Shown here: one piece after another, positions 10,391 through 20,431 of the stretch
Numbering within the stretch: the stretch's first letter is position 1
Layout of the letters: every line of letters begins with the position of its first letter
From: Alphaproteobacteria bacterium
GTDB lineage: Bacteria > Pseudomonadota > Alphaproteobacteria > GCA-2731375
Assembly (NCBI GenBank): GCA_965225945.1
Contig: CBDDBZ010000038.1
Coordinates: forward strand, 128,001 to 192,000
Direction: 5' to 3'
Length of the DNA stretch: 64,000 nucleotides
The notes under the pieces: model-generated
What the model was told of the DNA's origin: nothing
The model's database searches: none
Seen by the model: the letters and a program-made list of their open reading frames with translations, nothing else
Program-made: the position numbers and the translations under genes

Positions 10391-12487
10391 CTACTCGGGC
10401 GCCGTCAAGATCTGGACCCGGGCCTCGCTGCGCCGGCCGAGCGCGTCGATCAACACGAGCTCGGAAAATCCCGGACCGTCGACCCGCCACGCCGCCCGGC
10501 GAGCCCAGCGCGCGCTCGAGATCGGCCGGCCGTCCACCAGCCAGGTGAGCGGCCGCCGGCCGCCCTCGGCCTCGAGCGCGATTGCACCGTCGTCGCGGGG
10601 TCGAGGCAACACCGCCCGGTCGCGCGGATGGACGATCCGGGGCGGCGGGCCGGCGTGGACCCGGGCCGATCCGCGGCCACCGAGGCGGCGGAGCGCCGGG
10701 GGCAGGCCAGCGGCGGCCATGGCGCTGGCGCCCGGCGGGGGAATTGCCGCCGGCGCCGTGCTCGCCGGCAGTTGATCGAACACCCGGTACAGCAACGGCG
10801 CCGCGGTATTGACGCCGAAGTGGCCCGGCAACGGCGCGCCGTCGGGTCGGCCGACCCACACGCCGACCGTGTGATCGGCGGTGAAGCCGATCGCCCAGGC
10901 GTCACGGAACCCGTAGGAAGTGCCGGTCTTGTGGGCGATGCGTCGTCCCGCCGCGCGTCTTCCGCCGACGGCGTTCATGCTCCGGAGGATGCGGACGACC
11001 TGCCAGCGGGCGAGCGGGCGAAGTAGCGGCTCCCTCGCCGCCACGTTTCCCGGCGCGTCGGCGAGATGGCGCAGCGGGCGGACCCGCCCGTCGCTCGCCA
11101 GCGCGGCATAGAGCCGGACCAAATCCTCCAGCGTGATCCCGACCCCGCCGAGCGCCACCGCCAGACCCGGCCGCGCGTCGGGGGCGCCGAGGGCCAGGGC
11201 GATGCCTTCGCGCCGCAGCCGTTCGACGAAGGCGACCGGGCCCAACCTGTCGAGCAGCGCCACCGCCGGCACGTTCAGCGACAGGCGCAGGGCCTCCGCC
11301 AGGCTGATCTCGCCATAATGCCGGTCCATGAAGTTGGCCGGCGCGTAGTCGCCGAACTGGGTTGGCGCGTCCTCGACGATCGTCGCGGGGTGGGCGAGGC
11401 CGCGATCGAAGGCGAGGCCATAGATGATCGGCTTCAGGGTGGAACCCGGGGAGCGGACGGCGCGGGCGAAATCGACCCGGCCGTGACGCGTCGCATCGTG
11501 GAAGTCGGCGCTTCCGACGTGGGCCCGAACCGCGCGGCCAGCGTTGGCGACGACCAGAATCGCCACGTTGCCCGCCTGACCCACCTCGCGTGCCCAATCG
11601 CGGTCCATGGTTTGCAAGCGGCGCTGCAACACCGCGTCGAGGGTGGCGCGCACGACCGTGCCGTCGGGCGTGCCGGCACGCAGGCGATCGGCGAGATGGG
11701 GTGCCAGGAAGGCGGTCCGGCGGCGCGAGCGGCCCACCGGCTCGCGACGGGCCAAGGCGATCTCCGCCTTGGCGTAGCCCGCCCGCTCAGCCACCCGTGC
11801 CAACACCAGGTCCCGAACCGTTCGCGCCGCCGCCGGCGCGCGGTCGGGGCGGAGCCGGCCGGGCGCCCTCGGCAGGGCCACCAGCAAGGCCGCCTCGCCG
11901 GCCGTCAGCGCCTTCGGCTCGCGCCCGAAGTAGGCGCGCGAGGCCGCGCGCACGCCTTCCAGATTGCCGCCGAAGGGGGCGAGCGTCAGATACATGTCGA
12001 GGATCTCGTCCTTGGTGTGCCGCCGCTCGAGCTGGAGGGCGCGGAACATCTCGACCAGCTTGGCAGCCAGGCCGCGCGGACGCGGTCCCAGCAAGCGCGC
12101 CGTCTGCATGGTAAGGGTGGAGGCGCCGGAGACGATCCGGCCCGCCACCACGGCCTGTCCCGCCGCCCGCGCCAAAGCCAGCGGATCGACGCCCGGGTGA
12201 TCCCGGAAGCGCTTGTCCTCGAAGGCGATCAGCATCCGGATGTAGCGCGGATCGACCTCGCCGGCCCGGGTCGGCAGGCGAGCCATCCCGTCCGCGCTCA
12301 GATAGGACCGCAGCAGCCGGCCCTCCCGGTCGACGACCTCGGTCGAGAGGCGTTCGAGGCGGGAGAGGTCGGGCAGATAAACCGAATCGAGCAGCCGAAA
12401 GCCACCGAGCGCCAGGAGGCCGATCGCCGCCACCGCCAGGCCCGAGGCCGAGAGCCGGCCTCGGGAACTTTTGAGTCCGACTCTCAA
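10391..12487 (-). CDS. pbpC: Penicillin-binding protein 1C (transglycosylase/transpeptidase)
   Basis: EDKRF..HPGVDP, SGASTLTMQTAR, SPGSTLKP, SLN, KTGTSYGFRDAW; probable TTG start overlapping the stop of the upstream alpha-2-macroglobulin gene. Confidence 0.9.
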   Translation of the reverse strand: MRVGLKSSRGRLSASGLAVAAIGLLALGGFRLLDSVYLPDLSRLERLSTEVVDREGRLLRSYLSADGMARLPTRAGEVDPRYIRMLIAFEDKRFRDHPGVDPLALARAAGQAVVAGRIVSGASTLTMQTARLLGPRPRGLAAKLVEMFRALQLERRHTKDEILDMYLTLAPFGGNLEGVRAASRAYFGREPKALTAGEAALLVALPRAPGRLRPDRAPAAARTVRDLVLARVAERAGYAKAEIALARREPVGRSRRRTAFLAPHLADRLRAGTPDGTVVRATLDAVLQRRLQTMDRDWAREVGQAGNVAILVVANAGRAVRAHVGSADFHDATRHGRVDFARAVRSPGSTLKPIIYGLAFDRGLAHPATIVEDAPTQFGDYAPANFMDRHYGEISLAEALRLSLNVPAVALLDRLGPVAFVERLRREGIALALGAPDARPGLAVALGGVGITLEDLVRLYAALASDGRVRPLRHLADAPGNVAAREPLLRPLARWQVVRILRSMNAVGGRRAAGRRIAHKTGTSYGFRDAWAIGFTADHTVGVWVGRPDGAPLPGHFGVNTAAPLLYRVFDQLPASTAPAAIPPPGASAMAAAGLPPALRRLGGRGSARVHAGPPPRIVHPRDRAVLPRPRDDGAIALEAEGGRRPLTWLVDGRPISSARWARRAAWRVDGPGFSELVLIDALGRRSEARVQILTAPE

Positions 12488-13848
12488 CGCGTGATCTCCA
12501 GCCACCCCGTCGGCCCGCGCGCGTGATAGCGCGGCTTGTACATGTCCTCGACGAAACTGCCGGGGTTGACGAAGCGGCCCGGCGTCACCGCGCGGGCGAC
12601 ATAGGCGACGGCGAAGCGGCGGCGATTGCCCCGGATGTCGAGCGCCGCGACATAGCGGTCGTCCCGCGCCGCCTCGAAGGCGGTGCGGCTCAACGGCGGC
12701 AGGAAGGTGAAGCCTCGTTTTTGGGTGCCGCCGAGGGCCGCGTTCTCGATCTCGAGCCCCGCCGGCAATAGGTCGACGACCAGCACCTCCCGCTCGCCGG
12801 ATGCCTTCGCCTCGCCCTCGACCAGCACCACCAGCCGATCGTTCCGCCGGATGCTCGCCGGGTCGACCTCGCCGCCGTCGAGGCTGAAATAGCGCCGCAG
12901 AATTGTGAAGCCGTTCTCGACCGCCTCGGGCGGCGTCGAGGGCACGCCGCGCCGGCTCTCGATGACCCGCACCGGATGGTCGCTCCGGTTCCGGATCGCC
13001 ACGCCTTCGGCGTCGTCGACCGCGAGGCGCACGCGGATCGGCTTGCCGGGGGAGCTCCGGGGCGTGCCGTCGATGGCGACGTCGAGCGCGCCGACGGCGT
13101 CGGTGAAGGCGTTCGTCGCCAACAGCAGCCAAGCCTGCTCCTGGGTGGAGAACCAGCGGCGCTGGTCGAATTGGCTCTCGATCAGCTCGGCCACCCGTTG
13201 ACGCCGCGCCGGCGTCGTCGAGAGCTCGGCCAGCAACGTCGCCAGCGCCGCGCCGTCGCGAAGGTCGGAGCCATAGTCTCGGATCGCCAACCCCTTCGGC
13301 CTTCGCTGGCGGAGTGCCGCGGCGAACAACGGCTCGGCCCGCGCCGCCTCGCCCAGGATGGTGAGCGCGCCCGCCACATGACCTAGCGCCAACCGTGTCT
13401 GCAGCCGCGCCGTGTAGTTGTCGGCGAAGTAGCGCGCCTCGCTCGCCTTCACCGCGCCGACGCGGGCGAGCGTGTAGAGGGCGTAGGCCCGGGCATGGAG
13501 CCCGCTGTTTGAGCGCCGCGCGTTGTAGCGGACCAGCCAGTTCTTGGCATGGTCGTAAGCCGCCGCCGGCACCGTGTGGCCGCGCTCTCGCGCCCGGGTC
13601 AGAAAGTCGAAGGCATAGGCGGTGAGCCAGGCATGGGAAACGCCGAAGGATTGCCAGACGGCGAAGGCACCGTCGGCGCGCTGGCGATCGAGCACGCGGG
13701 TGATGGCGCGGTCGATCCGGCGCTGCTGCGCCAAGCGGCCGGGCGCCACGCCCCAACTCGTCTGCAGGCCCGCCGCCACCAGGGTCGGGAGCGCGCGGGA
13801 AATCGTCTGTTCCGTGCAGCCGTAGGGATAGTCCCGCAGGCTCGCCAA
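12484..13848 (-). pseudogene. Bacterial alpha-2-macroglobulin, C-terminal remnant (3' exon of the intron)
   Basis: Thioester motif YPYGCTEQ, YGS.LRD, STQE.AW, VDLLPAGLEIEN, RDDRYVAA, VEDMY.P; upstream of pbpC as usual; 5' part absent from the window. Confidence 0.88.
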
Positions 13849-14076
13849 GTTACGGTAGGAATGCGCATTGCTGCGCACCCCCCGCGGTTACGGTAGGAAT
13901 GCGCATTGCTGCGCACCCCCCGCGGTTACGGTAGGAATGCGCATTGCTGCGCACCCCCCGCAGTTACGGTAGGAATGCGCATTGCTGCGCACCCCCCGCG
14001 GTTACGGTAGGAATGCGCATTGCTGCGCACCCCCCGCGGTTACGGTAGGAATGCGCATTGCTGCGCACCCCCCGCG
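13849..14076 (-). repeat. Six tandem 38-bp units, each a group II intron domain VI/3' end
   Basis: Unit (+) gttacggtaggaatgcgcattgctgcgcaccccccgcg starts at 13849, 13887, 13925, 13963, 14001, 14039; one variant base (a at 13962); no spacers. Confidence 0.97.
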
Positions 14077-15957
14077 CAGATCCGGACGTGGTCGTTGAAC
14101 CATCCGGCTCCTACCTCGGGTGCTTGACGGCAAACCGCTGGTCCGGCCATGGGTGGCGGATGGAGGCGCGTGGCCACAGGATTTCGGTCATGCGCTCCAG
14201 TCGCTTCCAACTAAATCGGGCTCGCTGGGACCGGCGGCGTAGCGCCCGCATCCACCGGCGTTGCAGCCTGCGGAGGAACGCACGGATGAACCGGCCTGAC
14301 CCTGGGACGGCAAAGTAGTTGAGCCAGCCATTGCAGACTCGCCCCAGCCACCTACCAACTTCCCAGATGTCGTGGTGCCAGCGCTTGCGGAGCACCTCGT
14401 CGATGCGCGCCAGGGTCCTGTTGACCCGTTTGGCGACCGGTTTGCGACCAAGCCGAAAGCGTCCTCTCAGGGTCGTCGTGCAATAGTGCGTGAGGCCCAG
14501 AAAGTCGAAAGTCTCCGGCTTGCCCACCCCGCGCTGGCGCCGGTTCAAATCCGCGAACCGGCCAAACTCCACGAGGCGGGTCTTGTCCTGGTGGAGGCTG
14601 AGACCGAACCGGGCCAGCCTCTCCCGAACGTCGCGGAGGTACCGCTCCGCATCCCGCTTGTGTTGGAACCCGACAACGATATCGTCAGCGTAACGGACGA
14701 TGATCGCTTCGCCATCCGGGACGTTCGGGCGCCATTTCTTGTGGAACCACAAGTCGAGCACGTAATGCAGGAACACGTTCGCCAAGACGGGGGAGACTAT
14801 TGCCCCCTGCGGCGTGCCCATACCCGTATCTGCCCATGACCCACTCTCTATGACGCCGGCGTTCAGCCATTTCCAGATCAGACGGATGACCCGCCTGTCT
14901 CCGATGCGGTGCTCTAGGAACCTGATCAACCAATCCCGCGGGATCGTGTCGAAGTACGCCCGGAGGTCTGCATCGACTATCCAGCTGACCTTGCGCCGTT
15001 TTATCCCGAAGGCCAGGGCATCGAGCGCATCGTGCGCCCCCCGCCCCGGTCGGAACCCGTAGCTGAAGCCAAGAAACACCACCTCGTAGATCGGTGTCAG
15101 GATCACATCCACAACCGCCTTCTGGACGACCTTGTCCTCCAGCGCCGCGATCCCGAGCGGTCGTGTCCCCCCGTCCGGCTTGGGTATCTCTACCCGCCGA
15201 ACCGGCGGCGCCCGGTACGCTCCCCCTCTGTGCAGGCGCCGGTGCAGGTCGAGCAGGCGCTCATCCAGACCCTCGCCGTACATGTCCCACGTAACGCCGT
15301 CGACACCGGCTGCTGCGTCCTTCTTCAATGCGAAGTAGGCCGCACCGAGCGCGTCCGGCGTAATGTGGTGGAAGAGCGCAGTGAGACCTTCCTTCGGGTT
15401 TCTCTCTGCAGCTTTCCGTATCCGGGCCGCCGCCTGTGGCACGCTTACCCGACACTGGGTTCGGCGCGTGCTTTGGCAATCCGGATTCCCCTTGGTTGAG
15501 GCCCTTTCCTCCGGCGACTCCGCAGAAGCTCGCGCTCCCTTGTTCGCCGCCCTCACAGGTCGTATGGCCTCATCCGACTTCTTCAAACCGTTCATCATAG
15601 GCTTCGGTTTTCTCCATTCCCTACGCGGCCCCTTTACGACAACCGGGGCAGTTTGAAGACCTCCCAGGGTCCCAACAGAAGGCGTGCGAACGTGCATGGG
15701 TTCTCTGACACCGCGGGGCTCGCCGACATCTCACCAAAACGACGCCTGCGATATTGCCTTCGACCGATCTGAAAGCCTCGGCACCCCGGACCATCGCTTT
15801 TACGGTGCTCAATAGCCCTGCCCATCCATGCCGCTACCGACGCTTCGCCTGCCCCCTCACGGGAGCCAACGCACGGCTCGCGGAGAAACGTGGTTCGGTT
15901 ACTCCTTCGTTCCGGGGGACTTGCACCCCCTACCTTCTGCCAGTTCGCCTGGCGCAC
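14039..15957 (-). mobile_element. Group II intron, complete inner copy (IIB-type, probably bacterial class E)
   Basis: 5' end GTGCG at 15957; DV GAGCCGGATG...CACGTCCGGATC right after the ORF stop; DVI hairpin ending AAC. Confidence 0.93.
14111..15598 (-). CDS. ltrA: Group II intron reverse transcriptase/maturase, no endonuclease domain
   Basis: AAGVDG, IPKPDGGTRPLGI, SYGFRPGR, GTPQGAIVSPVLANVFL, YADD, FDFLG, C-terminal HPWP. Confidence 0.95.
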   Translation of the reverse strand: MMNGLKKSDEAIRPVRAANKGARASAESPEERASTKGNPDCQSTRRTQCRVSVPQAAARIRKAAERNPKEGLTALFHHITPDALGAAYFALKKDAAAGVDGVTWDMYGEGLDERLLDLHRRLHRGGAYRAPPVRRVEIPKPDGGTRPLGIAALEDKVVQKAVVDVILTPIYEVVFLGFSYGFRPGRGAHDALDALAFGIKRRKVSWIVDADLRAYFDTIPRDWLIRFLEHRIGDRRVIRLIWKWLNAGVIESGSWADTGMGTPQGAIVSPVLANVFLHYVLDLWFHKKWRPNVPDGEAIIVRYADDIVVGFQHKRDAERYLRDVRERLARFGLSLHQDKTRLVEFGRFADLNRRQRGVGKPETFDFLGLTHYCTTTLRGRFRLGRKPVAKRVNRTLARIDEVLRKRWHHDIWEVGRWLGRVCNGWLNYFAVPGSGRFIRAFLRRLQRRWMRALRRRSQRARFSWKRLERMTEILWPRASIRHPWPDQRFAVKHPR

Positions 15958-16804
15958 CAGATCCGGACGTGGTCGTTGAACCATCCGGCTCCTACCTCGG
16001 GTGCTTGACGGCAAACCGCTGGTCCGGCCATGGGTGGCGGATGGAGGCGCGTGGCCACAGGATTTCGGTCATGCGCTCCAGTCGCTTCCAACTAAATCGG
16101 GCTCGCTGGGACCGGCGGCGTAGCGCCCGCATCCACCGGCGTTGCAGCCTGCGGAGGAACGCACGGATGAACCGGCCTGACCCTGGGACGGCAAAGTAGT
16201 TGAGCCAGCCATTGCAGACTCGCCCCAGCCACCTACCAACTTCCCAGATGTCGTGGTGCCAGCGCTTGCGGAGCACCTCGTCGATGCGCGCCAGGGTCCT
16301 GTTGACCCGTTTGGCGACCGGTTTGCGACCAAGCCGAAAGCGTCCTCTCAGGGTCGTCGTGCAATAGTGCGTGAGGCCCAGAAAGTCGAAAGTCTCCGGC
16401 TTGCCCACCCCGCGCTGGCGCCGGTTCAAATCCGCGAACCGGCCAAACTCCACGAGGCGGGTCTTGTCCTGGTGGAGGCTGAGACCGAACCGGGCCAGCC
16501 TCTCCCGAACGTCGCGGAGGTACCGCTCCGCATCCCGCTTGTGTTGGAACCCGACAACGATATCGTCAGCGTAACGGACGATGATCGCTTCGCCATCCGG
16601 GACGTTCGGGCGCCATTTCTTGTGGAACCACAAGTCGAGCACGTAATGCAGGAACACGTTCGCCAAGACGGGGGAGACTATTGCCCCCTGCGGCGTGCCC
16701 ATACCCGTATCTGCCCATGACCCACTCTCTATGACGCCTGAGTCGGACCCGATTTCCTTGGACACAGAATTGGTTTAATCGAAGTGTCCAAGGAGGACCG
16801 GAAC

Positions 16805-17215
16805 ATGACCGACAATTTTGAGAACAAAGTTGCTGTTGATGGGCCTGTGGTAAACGAGGGCGAGCTTGGCTCGTCCACGTTTTCCCCGGGCCAGGTTTCG
16901 CCGGCAGGCCCGCTGGGACTTGGCCAGCGGTGGACGGTGACGCGCAAGCGTGAGGTTGCCCTGCGGCTTTTGCGTGGCGAGCCGGTGGAACTTTTGTCGC
17001 GGCAGTTGGGCGTGGAGATTTTCCGGCTCGAGCAGTGGCGTGAGAAGGCGATCGCCGGGATCGATGCCTCGCTCAAGGAACGCAAGGGCGATCCGGTAAA
17101 GGCGGAACTGGACATCGCCATGAAGCGGATCGGGGAGTTGATCATGCAGGTGGAACTGCTGGAGGCCAAGACGGAGACGTCCGGCCCTTTGGGGCGGCGG
17201 AGGTCGCGGCGATGA
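16805..17215 (+). CDS. IS3-like transposase OrfA (HTH)
   Basis: RWTVTRKREVALRLLRGE...LSRQLGV; AGGAGG RBS. Confidence 0.8.
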   Translation: MTDNFENKVAVDGPVVNEGELGSSTFSPGQVSPAGPLGLGQRWTVTRKREVALRLLRGEPVELLSRQLGVEIFRLEQWREKAIAGIDASLKERKGDPVKAELDIAMKRIGELIMQVELLEAKTETSGPLGRRRSRR

Positions 17216-18123
17216 GTGCCGCCACCTCTCCCGGCACGGGTTTGGCCTACGGCCTCCAGCGGGTCTGTGCGGCCTGGGGTTTTGCCCGTTCCTCGTTCTA
17301 CGCCATGAAATCCCGGCAGCAGGCCACCGCTGAGCGCCCACCAGCAAAGCGCCGGGGACCGAAGCCCTCGATCTCGGACGAGGCTCTGCTGGTGGCCATC
17401 GAGGCCGACCTGGAGGCATCCCCCTGGGAGGGCGAGGGACACCGCAAGGTCTGGGCTCGGCTTCGGGTCTGTCGTGGCATCCGTGTTTCCCGCAAGCGGG
17501 TGCTCCGGGTGATGCGCGAGAACAACCTGCTCTCGCCCCATCGCTGCCGCCGCCGTGGCGGAAATCCCCATGTCGGTGAGATCATCACCCATGCCCCCAA
17601 CCTCATGTGGGGCACGGACGGCGTTCGGGTGTTCACGGTGGACGACGGCTGGGGCTGGATATTCACCGCCATCGAGCATTGGAACGCCGAGTGCGTCGGC
17701 TGGCATGTGTGCAAGCGAGGCGACCGCTTCGCCGCCCTTCAGCCAATCTCCATGGGGCTTGCGAGGCTGTATGCCTCGACCTCCGCCGGTGCGGCGCGGG
17801 GGCTGGCCTTGCGGATGGATCACGGCTCCCAGTATCTGTCGGACCACTTCACCAACCAGATCAAGTTCTGGGGCATCCAGCCGTCCTACGCCTTCGTCGA
17901 ACAGCCCCAGACCAACGGCGTCGCCGAGAGGTTCAATCGCACGCTCAAGGAACAGATCATCCATGGCCGCATCTACCGCAACATCGCGGAGCTGCGGAAC
18001 GCCGTCCGCGGGTTCGTCGAACAGTACAATGCCCAGTGGATCGTGGAGAAGAACGGCTACCTGAGCCCCGCTCAAGCTCGTCAGGCGTGGCACACCGCGA
18101 TGTCACTCAGGCCCGCCGCATGA
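17212..18123 (+). CDS. IS3-like transposase OrfB (rve DDE)
   Basis: WGTD, DHGSQY, PQTNGVAERFNRTLKE; ATGA overlap with OrfA. Confidence 0.9.
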   Translation: MSAATSPGTGLAYGLQRVCAAWGFARSSFYAMKSRQQATAERPPAKRRGPKPSISDEALLVAIEADLEASPWEGEGHRKVWARLRVCRGIRVSRKRVLRVMRENNLLSPHRCRRRGGNPHVGEIITHAPNLMWGTDGVRVFTVDDGWGWIFTAIEHWNAECVGWHVCKRGDRFAALQPISMGLARLYASTSAGAARGLALRMDHGSQYLSDHFTNQIKFWGIQPSYAFVEQPQTNGVAERFNRTLKEQIIHGRIYRNIAELRNAVRGFVEQYNAQWIVEKNGYLSPAQARQAWHTAMSLRPAA

Positions 18124-18452
18124 GACAAACTTGTGTCCAAGGAACCGGGTGCGATACACTCTCTATGACGCCGGCGTTCAGCCATTTCCAGATCAGACGG
18201 ATGACCCGCCTGTCTCCGATGCGGTGCTCTAGGAACGTGATCAACCAATCCCGCGGGATCGTGTCGAAGTACGCCCGGAGGTCTGCATCGACTATCCAGC
18301 TGACCTTGCGCCGTTCTATCCCGAAGGCCAGGGCATCGAGCGCATCGTGCGCCCCCCGCCCCGGTCGGAACCCGTAGCTGAAGCCAAGAAACACCACCTC
18401 GTAGATCGGTGTCAGGATCACATCCACAACCGCCTTCTGGACGACCTTGTCC

Positions 18453-19499
18453 GATTGAGCAACCTGATGTGTGGAAATTCGGAACGCCGTTGATCAGTCA
18501 TCCTCTGCTTTCCAAGTGATGTAGGGTTTTTCGGTGGTTTCCCATTTCTCGTCGATTTCGACGAGGATGGCGGTGACCAGACGTTCGAGCGAGGCCTCGT
18601 TGGGAAAGACCCTGACCTTTACGGTGCGGCGCTTGATCTCCTGCTGGATGGATCGCTCCATGGGGTTCGAGGTTCGCATGCGCTTTTGGTGGCGCTCGGG
18701 CAGGGCGAAGACGGCGAGGCCCTCGGGGATCGCCGTCTCCAGCCAATCGGCGAGCTTGGGGGCGCTGTCGCGGTAGGCCGCCACCAGATGGCCCAGCTCG
18801 GCCTCGGCGGCCTTGCCGTCGGCGGCGTTCCAGACCCGGCGCAGCTCCTTGCCGATGGCCTTTCGGATGGCGAGGTTGGGGGCGTGATGGATGGCGTTTT
18901 GAGCCAGATGGTACTGACAGCGCTGCCAGACGGCGCCGCCGAGGACGGCCTTGCGCGCGGCGCCGAGGCCTGGATGATCATCGGAAACGATATAGGCGAC
19001 ACCGCGCATGCCACCGGCAACCAGGGTCTCCAGGAAGGCGCGCCAGTGCACTTCGGCCTCGGAGAGCGCACAGGAAACACCGAGCACCCGGCGGCGCTGG
19101 TCGGGGCCGATGCCGATCACCGAGAGCACGGCGGCGTCGCGCACCACGCCACCCTCTCGGACTTTCTCATAGCGCGCGTCGAGGAGCAGGTAGCGGATCT
19201 CGCCCAGCGGCCGGTTGCGCCAGGCATCCAGCTCCCCATCCAAGAGCTTGGCGGCGCGGCTGACCTGGCTCGACGACAGGCTCTCCAGGCCGAACTCGCG
19301 CATCACCGCCTCGGCGTCACGGGTGGAGACGCCTTTGATATACATCTCCGCCACGGCCAGCATGACAGCGCGGCAGGAGCGCCGTCCGCGCTCCAGGGCT
19401 TGGGGGTAAAAAGGCGCCTCATGACCGGCGGTCTTGGGAACCTCGAGCCTCACCGTACCGGCCGGGGTGTCGATCTTCTTGGGTCTGGTGCCGTTGGCG
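18453..19499 (-). mobile_element. IS256 family element, 5'-truncated by IS21
   Basis: Transposase ending at 18494: EMYIKGVSTR, LLDARYEKVR, WQRCQYH, RTSNPMER; upstream ANGTRPKKIDTPAG is cut at 19499. Confidence 0.9.
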
Positions 19500-19702
19500 T
19501 GTCAATCGGCGTTGAACATTGACCCCCTATCGGCGTGCAATGTTGACCCCTTTGGGGATGCACGGCGGAGGTCGTACAGGTAGTCCATAGGAGGGGCCCG
19601 CGCGCGGGCCGACGCGCCCACCACGCGGCTGGCGGCGGACCGCGCGTGGGAGGTTCCTGTGGGCCCACCTGGGCGACCGGGCGGCAGGTGGATCGGTTGC
19701 CT

Positions 19703-20431
19703 TTAGGACCGATTCTTGAAGCGCCAGGAGTCGTTTCCGGTCTCGATGATCTCGCAGTGGTGCGTCAGACGATCGAGGAGCGCGGTGGTCATCTTGGCGT
19801 CGCCGAAGACGGACGGCCATTCGCCGAAGGTCAGGTTGGTGGTGACGATGATCGAGGTGCGCTCGTAGAGCCGGCTGACGAGGTGGAACAGCAGCTGGCC
19901 TCCGGTTTGGGCGAAGGGCAGGTAGCCGAGCTCGTCGAGGATGACGAGGTCGCGCCGGGCCAGCTGATCGGCGAGCCGGCCCTGGCGGCCGGCGCGGGCT
20001 TCGGCCTCGAGCCGGTTGACCAGGTCGACGACGTTGAAGAAGCGGCCCCGGGCGCCATCGCGGATGCAGGCCCGCGCGATGGCGACGGCGAGATGGCTCT
20101 TGCCGGTGCCGGTGCCGCCGATCAGCACGGCGTTGCGCTGGTTGGCCAGGAAGCCGCCGACCGCCAACTCGCGGACCAGCGGCTCGTTGACCGGGGTGTC
20201 GGTGAAGTCGAAGTCGGCCAGCTCCTTGGCCAGCGGCAGCTTGGCGCCACTCATCTGGTACTTGATGGATCGCGCCTGCTTGTCGGCGATCTCGGCCTTC
20301 AACAGCTCGCCGATGATTCGCTGCATCGGATGCTGGCGCTTGAGGCCGTCGGCGAGCACCTCGTCGAACGCGTCGCGCATGCCGGCGAGCTTGAGTGCGG
20401 CCATCATCTCCAGGACCTCATGGCGCTCCAT
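19703..20431 (-). CDS. istB: IS21 helper ATPase
   Basis: [29 protein letters not shown]. Confidence 0.95.
   Translation of the reverse strand: MERHEVLEMMAALKLAGMRDAFDEVLADGLKRQHPMQRIIGELLKAEIADKQARSIKYQMSGAKLPLAKELADFDFTDTPVNEPLVRELAVGGFLANQRNAVLIGGTGTGKSHLAVAIARACIRDGARGRFFNVVDLVNRLEAEARAGRQGRLADQLARRDLVILDELGYLPFAQTGGQLLFHLVSRLYERTSIIVTTNLTFGEWPSVFGDAKMTTALLDRLTHHCEIIETGNDSWRFKNRS

Larger units (their letters stand above)
16739..18158 (+). mobile_element. IS3-like element (OrfA/OrfB) with 14-bp flanking direct repeat
   Basis: Inverted ends TGAGTCGGACCCGATTTCCTTGGACACA / TGTGTCCAAGGAACCGGGTGCGATACA; DR ctctctatgacgcc at 16725-16738 and 18159-18172. Confidence 0.88.
15958..18452 (-). mobile_element. 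Second (outer) intron copy, 5'-truncated and interrupted by an IS
   Basis: Repeats 14077 onward at an offset of 1881 bp; IS at 16739-18158; resumes 18159-18452; two substitutions seen relative to the inner copy (FGIK/FGIE, LIRF/LITF). Confidence 0.92.

Noticed and set aside
10391-13756. 1121-aa ORF as an N-terminally extended PBP1C
   Set aside because: The extension is an off-frame reading of the alpha-2-macroglobulin gene; PBP1C similarity starts near 12487.
13849-14076. 38-bp hairpin repeats as a CRISPR array
   Set aside because: Units are head-to-tail with no spacers, no cas genes are present, and the unit equals intron domain VI.
14111-15598. RT as a retron, DGR or defence RT making the repeats by template jumping
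   Set aside because: The protein has group II maturase features and sits in a full intron RNA. The nested junction and EBS1 match explain the repeats more simply, though RT slippage is not formally excluded.
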